Origin: Candidatus Latescibacterota bacterium
GTDB taxonomy: Bacteria; Latescibacterota; UBA2968; GCA-2709665
Length of the DNA: 64,000 nucleotides
Direction: 5' to 3'
Assembly (NCBI GenBank): GCA_965219455.1
Contig: OZ244744.1
Coordinates: 5,780,229-5,844,228 of the forward strand
Position 1 is the first letter of the stretch. Every line of letters starts with the position of its first letter. Below, in pieces: positions 58,332-64,000 of the stretch. Both the position numbers and the translations under genes were made by a program. The notes below the pieces were generated by a model. That model worked only from the letters and a program-made list of their open reading frames with translations. It was not told where the DNA came from and ran no database searches.

Positions 58332-59421
58332 TCACCGAGACGGTGCTTCCGTACCAGTGGTGGACATGCGATGTTTGATGTGGACGTGTTGCCGGTCGTC
58401 GGTCTCAGTGACCGTTCGCGTCGCATCGACTTTTACGGAATAACCGAGTCCCATCATCTCCGCCTCGTCCAGAAGCACCCGCGCCGCCTTTGCCAAGACA
58501 AATGCCCGATCCGTGTCGATCATCGCCTTCTTGCCTCGACCCCCGACGTTCGCTTCGAAGTATCGCCACTTGTCGAAGGTGTGGCGTGCGGTCTTGAGGA
58601 CCGAATCTACTTCCGGGAAATCCTCCTCGATCCTCGCTTTGCTGTCGGTGGGCAGGTCGCGGTACAGCAGCCACAGGTCGTGGCTCTTTCGGGCCTCGTC
58701 CACTCGGGTCAGACGTATGGCTTTCATCGCCAACTCGCAAGCAAACGCAGACATCATGGCGATGGTCATGGTCGAGCCGAGCCTCATCATCAGCTCGTGT
58801 TCGCGGGTCTTGGAATGCTTGCTCAGCTCTTCCCTCGACTGGTAGACTTGTGTCGAACCGTCATCCTGCATCTCGGTGTCCGAGAACGGTGCCACGGTCA
58901 ACTCTCGGGGCAGTCGCTCTACCCCAGACATCAGAGCCCGTGCCTGCAAGAACAGGAAACCCACGGATCCTGCGGGAAATTTGCTGCGAGTCAGCCAGCC
59001 GTCCTTAGTTGCCTGTGAGGTTGCTGCGTTGATACGTTGCCGCAGTTTGGTCCGGGATTGTCGATCGATATGCGGAAAGACCTTTTGGACGAAGGTTGCG
59101 TCGTCGCGATACCTGGAGGCGAAGCCAAAGACCATGTTAAACGCGTTCGACGCGCTCTGCTCTGACATGCGTTGGTACTCCTCTCTAGCGTCGTCGCGTT
59201 CGAGCAAGATCCCGCAAACGCGACAACGAATGGCCGTGGGTCCGTGTTCTGCATCGCCCTTTCAGCCTGAAGCGACCTTCCTTCCCCAGCTTGTATTCTT
59301 GATCCGCCGCCCGGATGCTTTTCATCTCGTGCCACAGATCGTCGAAGTCCCAGCTCCATTCGATTTTCACGGTTTCGATAGTCTTCGGCTTGTCGGTCCC
59401 TTCGTACTCGTCAGTCTCCAT
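58332..59421 (-). pseudogene. HEPN-domain protein gene, apparently split by a frameshift near 59260
   Basis: The C-terminal ORF has SAFACELAMKA...RKSHDL..LY and WRY (HEPN-like). Its frame stays open upstream to 59261 (KGDAEHGPTAIRCRVCG) and overlaps a short ORF starting METDEY at 59421. Confidence 0.55.
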
Positions 59422-59577
59422 CGCTATGATACCTTTGTTATACGGGAAGCCTGCTGTGCCCATCTACTGGTACAATTTCCCCTTGCCAATTTGACATCAA
59501 TTCCGAGGCCGGGGAAACGTCGACGGCATCGATCGGAAGGTGAGAGCGCCGACTGGTATGTGTCGGTAACCCAGGAC

Positions 59578-62500
59578 TCACGCTGATTTTGTCGCGCTGT
59601 CGTCCCCTGCTTGTTCCGCAGCGTACTCGTTGGTAACGGTCGGTTCGCGGCTGATCCGCGCTCTCCAGTCCCTGATCGTTTCAATATCGATTCCCGTCGT
59701 GTGGGCTGCAGCCTGGTCGATGCAGTCGCGCATGTCGTCATCGGCCGCATACTTCCATGGCTTGACCGTGATTTGCCTGGTGCGTTCGTACGCTTCGGCG
59801 AGGATGGCGGCGCTGGTCGACTTTAAGTCCGGAACGGGCAACGTGGCCAGCTCTGCCTGCGAGAATGACGGATTCGTCAACATTGTTCCCCGCCTGTATA
59901 AGAATCCAAGCGCTCCAAGCGTGCTATTGAACCATGCACAGAGCGCTTTCTCCACGTCCAGATCCGTCGTCCAACACCGAACGGGAACCCACATAGAGCC
60001 TAAAGCCGCACTATCGCTGAAGATCGCGAGCAGCCTGCCCGAATCAGTCCTGAACTTCGCCGCGACAAGAACGTGGCCGGCTTGCTTCCGGTAGCGGACG
60101 GCGAGTCTCTCTTTCCTATAGGCGACGCTCTGCTCCGGGGTGGCCTCCATGGTGGTCCGCAAATCCTTCGAACGGCCCCAGAACACTCGGTAGCCCTCGC
60201 CGCCATCGTCGACCGGCTGGAACGCATCCCGAATACGTTGCCCGGCGGGACCGAGAAAATATCGGTTTTGCAGCGGCACAAACCCGTCCGCCTGTTCAAG
60301 CTGCGTCGCGGCGTCGGCGAGCACCGGGTCAAGAAACTGGCACGGCCGCCAGTCTCCCTCTCTGACGCGCGTTTCGGATTGTTCGTAAACGGTGATCCAT
60401 TTCCTGGTGTCGCCCGTCTGGATGGCCTCTACGGCTTCGATGGCTTCCTCCGGCGTCGAAGGCATCGTTCGCAACGCGACGAAGCGGGTTGGCGGGTCCG
60501 AGCGGTCGTTGGTTCCGGTTCGGCGTCTGCATATGAGCAGCGATTCGTGAATGGCGGTGTTCTCGCTGAAATTGGGTCGCTGCGGATCGTGGCTGGTTAC
60601 AACGGTATCAATATGGAACCGCCCGGCAAGGAACCTTCTCTCCGCCGCTCCGCTGGTATTCGTGCATGCCGTCGTCGGAATAACCTTGGCGAGTGTACCC
60701 TGACTTTCTTTGAGGAGCATATCGGCGACGGGCGAGAAGAAGGTGCCGATGCTGTTGGCCGTTACGACATCCTCCACCGCGCTGTCTTTACCCTCTACAT
60801 GCTTCTTAATACCCAGTTCGTGACGCTGCATCGCCTTTCTGCCGGCCTCGCCATATTTTCGGCTCCGGTTCTCGTTCGCTGTGAAGGGAGCGTTCATGAT
60901 GACAACGTCGAGATTGCGCAGCGGAAACCGGATCTCTGCACTTTCATTGACCTGAGCAGCGTCGAGGGTTTCGAGCGCTCGTACCGGGGCCGCCAACACA
61001 CGCAGATCGCGGTCGTCCTCTGCAGCAGTGAGGATTTCCAGGGACCCCGCCTTCGGCGGACCGGCGCCCTGTGGTCCGTGAGGCATGGTGACGAGGTTCA
61101 TGCGCTCGTAGTCGACGGTGGGCGCGCCGAGCGTCATGTTGCATGCTGCGAGCTGGATGCCGTGCTGGTTGATGTCGAGACCGCAAAGCACGTCTTCCAC
61201 GAGCCGCTTGTGCAGGGCGTTGCGCTCATCGGAGTTCATCTCCGTCGAACCGGCAACGCGCGCCTTGATGGTCTGGAGGGCCGCCATCAGCAGCGTCCCG
61301 GTTCCACACGCGGGATCCATGATCCTCAAATTCGCGACCGCTTCAGGGTCCGACCAGTCGACGAAACCCTCGCTGAGCGCCAAACGCGCCAGCATGATTG
61401 CCGAAAGGTTGTTCGTGTAGAACGCGCCGTCGCTCTTCGCGGAGCCAAGAATGCGGTGATAGAGCGGTCCTGCATGGTCGTAGCCCAGATCACTCAGGGA
61501 ATCCGCGACGCGATTCGCGCATTCGGCAACAGCACGGATCGCGTCATCGATTGCCTTCCCCTCACGCAGCGCCCCAAGCACCGCGAGAGCGGGCCTGAAC
61601 ACGGGTGCGTAATCCTTTTCAAGGATGGACTCCCATGCAATTTCGAGGACCTCTCTCGGGTTGCTCGCGCCCGCGACCCTGTCAAGCCGCATGATGGTCT
61701 TCATCTCCGGTTCGTCGCGCAGACGGCGCTGCAGAAGGCACGCGTTGCAAAGCATGAGCGCCGCGACGGTACAGATCCCCTTCGCGCCGCCGTCATCCTC
61801 CGGGACGAGATCGAGAGCCTTCGCAAGCGGAAACTCCAGTTCTTCCTCCTGAAGCACGCCGCTTGCGCGCCGGACCGCATCGGCGATTTCGTCCGCAACA
61901 AGCTGACCGGGCTTGCCGAGTCCGGACGCGGCCGCAACATGCGCGTAAATCCCCTGTTCGGCTTCCTTCAGGTCGAGTTCGCGCTGTATATGCTCGTCTT
62001 CGGACTCACGAATCGTGCCGCGCGAATCTCCGGGAGCGTTCGGCTTGCCCTGCTCATAGACCTTGATGAAGTTGGCCGGTGATTCGGCGAGGCGCCCATC
62101 ATGCGCCTGAAGCGCCCGCAGGACACGGCCGACGGTACTGTAACCTTCGGTGCCCCGCACCAACGCGGACGCAACGTCGCGACCCGGTTCTACAACGACC
62201 GGGATAATGATGTAGCCGAAGCGTTTGCCAGGCGCCTTGCGCATGACGCGCCCAACGGCCTGGACGACGTCAATCTGGCTGTCCCTGGGATCGAGGAACG
62301 CGACGGCGTCGAGTTGCGGCACGTCTACGCCTTCGGTGAAGAGCTTGACGTTGCAGACAACCCTGCATTCGTCCTCACGGTCGGCGTGGGCTAGAGCCCG
62401 GAGCTCTTGATTACGCTGAAGTGCACTTGCGGACGCATCGAGGTGCCGGGCCACGACCTTCATCGCCCGGCCGGCCCGCATGCGCCGCGTAGTGGCCCTA

Positions 62501-63993
62501 AGAACTTCGCTTTCCATTAGCGCCTCGGCATACCACTTCGAGCGCAGTATGCTGTTAGCGAACGCCATGGACCGCGGGAGCTTGCCCGGCTGCTCCAGAG
62601 CCTTCCCTTCGGTGACGCCGTTCACTGCGAGCGAGACGCCGAGCACCCGCGTCATTTCGTTTGTGGTCGGCGCCTGCCTGCGCTTTATCGAAGTGCCGAG
62701 GTCTTCAAGACGGCGCCGCAGGCCCGGCGTGACGCTCGCGTGGCTCACGCCAAGCACGATCACCCGGTAGTCGGAGAGCATTCCGTGTTGCACGGCCTTG
62801 GCGAACGGAAGCCGGTGGAGCTCAGGGCCATAGACACCGTAGTCGCTCATGTCGACGACATCGATCCCCCGTTCGGCAAGCCTGCTCCTGGAACGTTCGG
62901 TATAGAGCCGCGGGGTGGCGGTCATATATAGGCGCTTGCGGGCGCGAAGTCGAGCGTCATCGTGGAATTCCTGGAAGTCCACCTTTCTGGCGTCGTTCGA
63001 ACCGCGCCGTCCGAGAAGCGCTCCGGTCGTTCGATGGGCCTCGTCGGCGATGGCCAGTTCGAACTCCGGTGCATTGTGAAACGCCTGCGCCTCCGTGACC
63101 CTGCCCAGCGAGTGGTACGTGCAGAATACGACGCGGGTCGGGCCATCGTCGACAAGCGAACGGGCAATCTCCGCCGGATCCGTGGAGACCGGACATTCCA
63201 GCTCGGAGATCCGAATGTCCTCGTTCTCGTTGCGTCCGCCGGCGGTCGGGTCGGAACACACGACGATGCACTCAAGCTTACGCGTGGTCTGGCGCAGCCA
63301 TTCACGACGCGCCTGCGAGACCAGCGCGATGGTCGGGGCCGCAAAGAGAATCCGCTGTCCTTCCTTGACGACCTGCTCGGCGATGCGAAGAGTTGTGAAG
63401 GTCTTCCCCGTGCCGCACGCCATGATGAGGCGCCCCCTGTCGTGATTCGCAAGTCCGGCGACGGCGTCCTCGATCGCTTCCACCTGGAGAGGCCAGGGCT
63501 CCTGCACGGGACGCCTTGCATCCTGCTCTTCGACCTGGACGTTAAGGTATTCACGGAAGTCGATCTGCGTGACGTGGGGATGGGCGTTCCGGATAGCCCG
63601 CTCCGCATTCGTTCCCCACCGGCAAGTCGCCACGATCCAGCGCAGGCGGAAGACCGGATGTTGAGAGCCGCCGAGAAACTTGTCGATCTCTCCCTTTCCG
63701 AGTGTGTGCCGTTCCTCGTAGCACTTGCACTGGACGGCGACCCATTCTCCCGAGGTCCGCCGCGCCACGAGGTCGATCCCGATGTCTCGGCCGTCGAGGC
63801 CGGTCAACGCCTCACGCTCCGGCCAGTCGGGCCAGCGCCAGATGCCGTCGATCTCAAACTCGGGTTGTTGGCGCGCGATGCGCATGAACAACTGTTCGAA
63901 CCAGCGTCCCTTCTCAGATTCGTCGCGGCTTTCGGCGCGGATGCGGTGGAGGGCGTCGCGCGCGGTCGGCCTTCCCGCGAGATCGAGGCTCAT
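59578..63993 (-). CDS. Single-polypeptide restriction-modification enzyme: Mrr-like nuclease, SF2 helicase and amino-methyltransferase (Type ISP-like)
   Basis: DIGIDLVA..VQCK; MACGTGKT, DEAH, MTATP, QAVGRVMR; GAFYT, MDPACGTGT and NAPF motifs. Confidence 0.88.
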   Translation of the reverse strand: MSLDLAGRPTARDALHRIRAESRDESEKGRWFEQLFMRIARQQPEFEIDGIWRWPDWPEREALTGLDGRDIGIDLVARRTSGEWVAVQCKCYEERHTLGKGEIDKFLGGSQHPVFRLRWIVATCRWGTNAERAIRNAHPHVTQIDFREYLNVQVEEQDARRPVQEPWPLQVEAIEDAVAGLANHDRGRLIMACGTGKTFTTLRIAEQVVKEGQRILFAAPTIALVSQARREWLRQTTRKLECIVVCSDPTAGGRNENEDIRISELECPVSTDPAEIARSLVDDGPTRVVFCTYHSLGRVTEAQAFHNAPEFELAIADEAHRTTGALLGRRGSNDARKVDFQEFHDDARLRARKRLYMTATPRLYTERSRSRLAERGIDVVDMSDYGVYGPELHRLPFAKAVQHGMLSDYRVIVLGVSHASVTPGLRRRLEDLGTSIKRRQAPTTNEMTRVLGVSLAVNGVTEGKALEQPGKLPRSMAFANSILRSKWYAEALMESEVLRATTRRMRAGRAMKVVARHLDASASALQRNQELRALAHADREDECRVVCNVKLFTEGVDVPQLDAVAFLDPRDSQIDVVQAVGRVMRKAPGKRFGYIIIPVVVEPGRDVASALVRGTEGYSTVGRVLRALQAHDGRLAESPANFIKVYEQGKPNAPGDSRGTIRESEDEHIQRELDLKEAEQGIYAHVAAASGLGKPGQLVADEIADAVRRASGVLQEEELEFPLAKALDLVPEDDGGAKGICTVAALMLCNACLLQRRLRDEPEMKTIMRLDRVAGASNPREVLEIAWESILEKDYAPVFRPALAVLGALREGKAIDDAIRAVAECANRVADSLSDLGYDHAGPLYHRILGSAKSDGAFYTNNLSAIMLARLALSEGFVDWSDPEAVANLRIMDPACGTGTLLMAALQTIKARVAGSTEMNSDERNALHKRLVEDVLCGLDINQHGIQLAACNMTLGAPTVDYERMNLVTMPHGPQGAGPPKAGSLEILTAAEDDRDLRVLAAPVRALETLDAAQVNESAEIRFPLRNLDVVIMNAPFTANENRSRKYGEAGRKAMQRHELGIKKHVEGKDSAVEDVVTANSIGTFFSPVADMLLKESQGTLAKVIPTTACTNTSGAAERRFLAGRFHIDTVVTSHDPQRPNFSENTAIHESLLICRRRTGTNDRSDPPTRFVALRTMPSTPEEAIEAVEAIQTGDTRKWITVYEQSETRVREGDWRPCQFLDPVLADAATQLEQADGFVPLQNRYFLGPAGQRIRDAFQPVDDGGEGYRVFWGRSKDLRTTMEATPEQSVAYRKERLAVRYRKQAGHVLVAAKFRTDSGRLLAIFSDSAALGSMWVPVRCWTTDLDVEKALCAWFNSTLGALGFLYRRGTMLTNPSFSQAELATLPVPDLKSTSAAILAEAYERTRQITVKPWKYAADDDMRDCIDQAAAHTTGIDIETIRDWRARISREPTVTNEYAAEQAGDDSATKSA

Positions 63994-64000
63994 CTGTACG

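Noticed and set aside
60073-62082. 669-aa plus-strand ORF
   Set aside because: Antisense shadow of the RM enzyme gene with no recognisable motifs; expected in GC-rich coding DNA.

Overview
GC-rich bacterial chromosome segment of about 45 genes, mostly on the minus strand. The gene content resembles Latescibacterota/Handelsmanbacteria-type glycan degraders (inference from DUF6785 paralogues, many Gfo/Idh/MocA enzymes, heparinase II/III-like lyases and a paired DFDG..F.DF..FA.AFG dockerin-like module). In order: partial threonine aldolase and a PAC2-family gene; catabolic cluster 1 (2.2-14.2 kb: lyase, ComA, degenerate M14 peptidase, isomerase, two DUF6785 membrane proteins, MDR and Gfo/Idh/MocA dehydrogenases); cobO divergent from hpnCDE; thrC; an orphan sigma-54 activator with an atypical receiver; a 12-domain FN3 surface protein with a recent (AB)3 internal expansion; GT2, TonB-ExbB-ExbD, MFP-RND and RDD genes; catabolic cluster 2 (37-47 kb); tRNA-Arg(ACG); an ABC oligomer importer; an ABAB array of inverted-repeat elements; a GH5 with an inserted dockerin-like module, a ferritin-like protein and a cupin; tRNA-Glu(CTC). 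The last 6 kb looks like the edge of a defence island: a 1471-aa nuclease-helicase-methyltransferase (Type ISP-like, NAPF motif) followed by a HEPN-domain gene that appears split by a frameshift. A dispersed MITE-like repeat supplies the stop codons of two genes. No CRISPR array, rRNA, integrase or transposase was seen. All family calls come from motif recognition by eye, not database searches.
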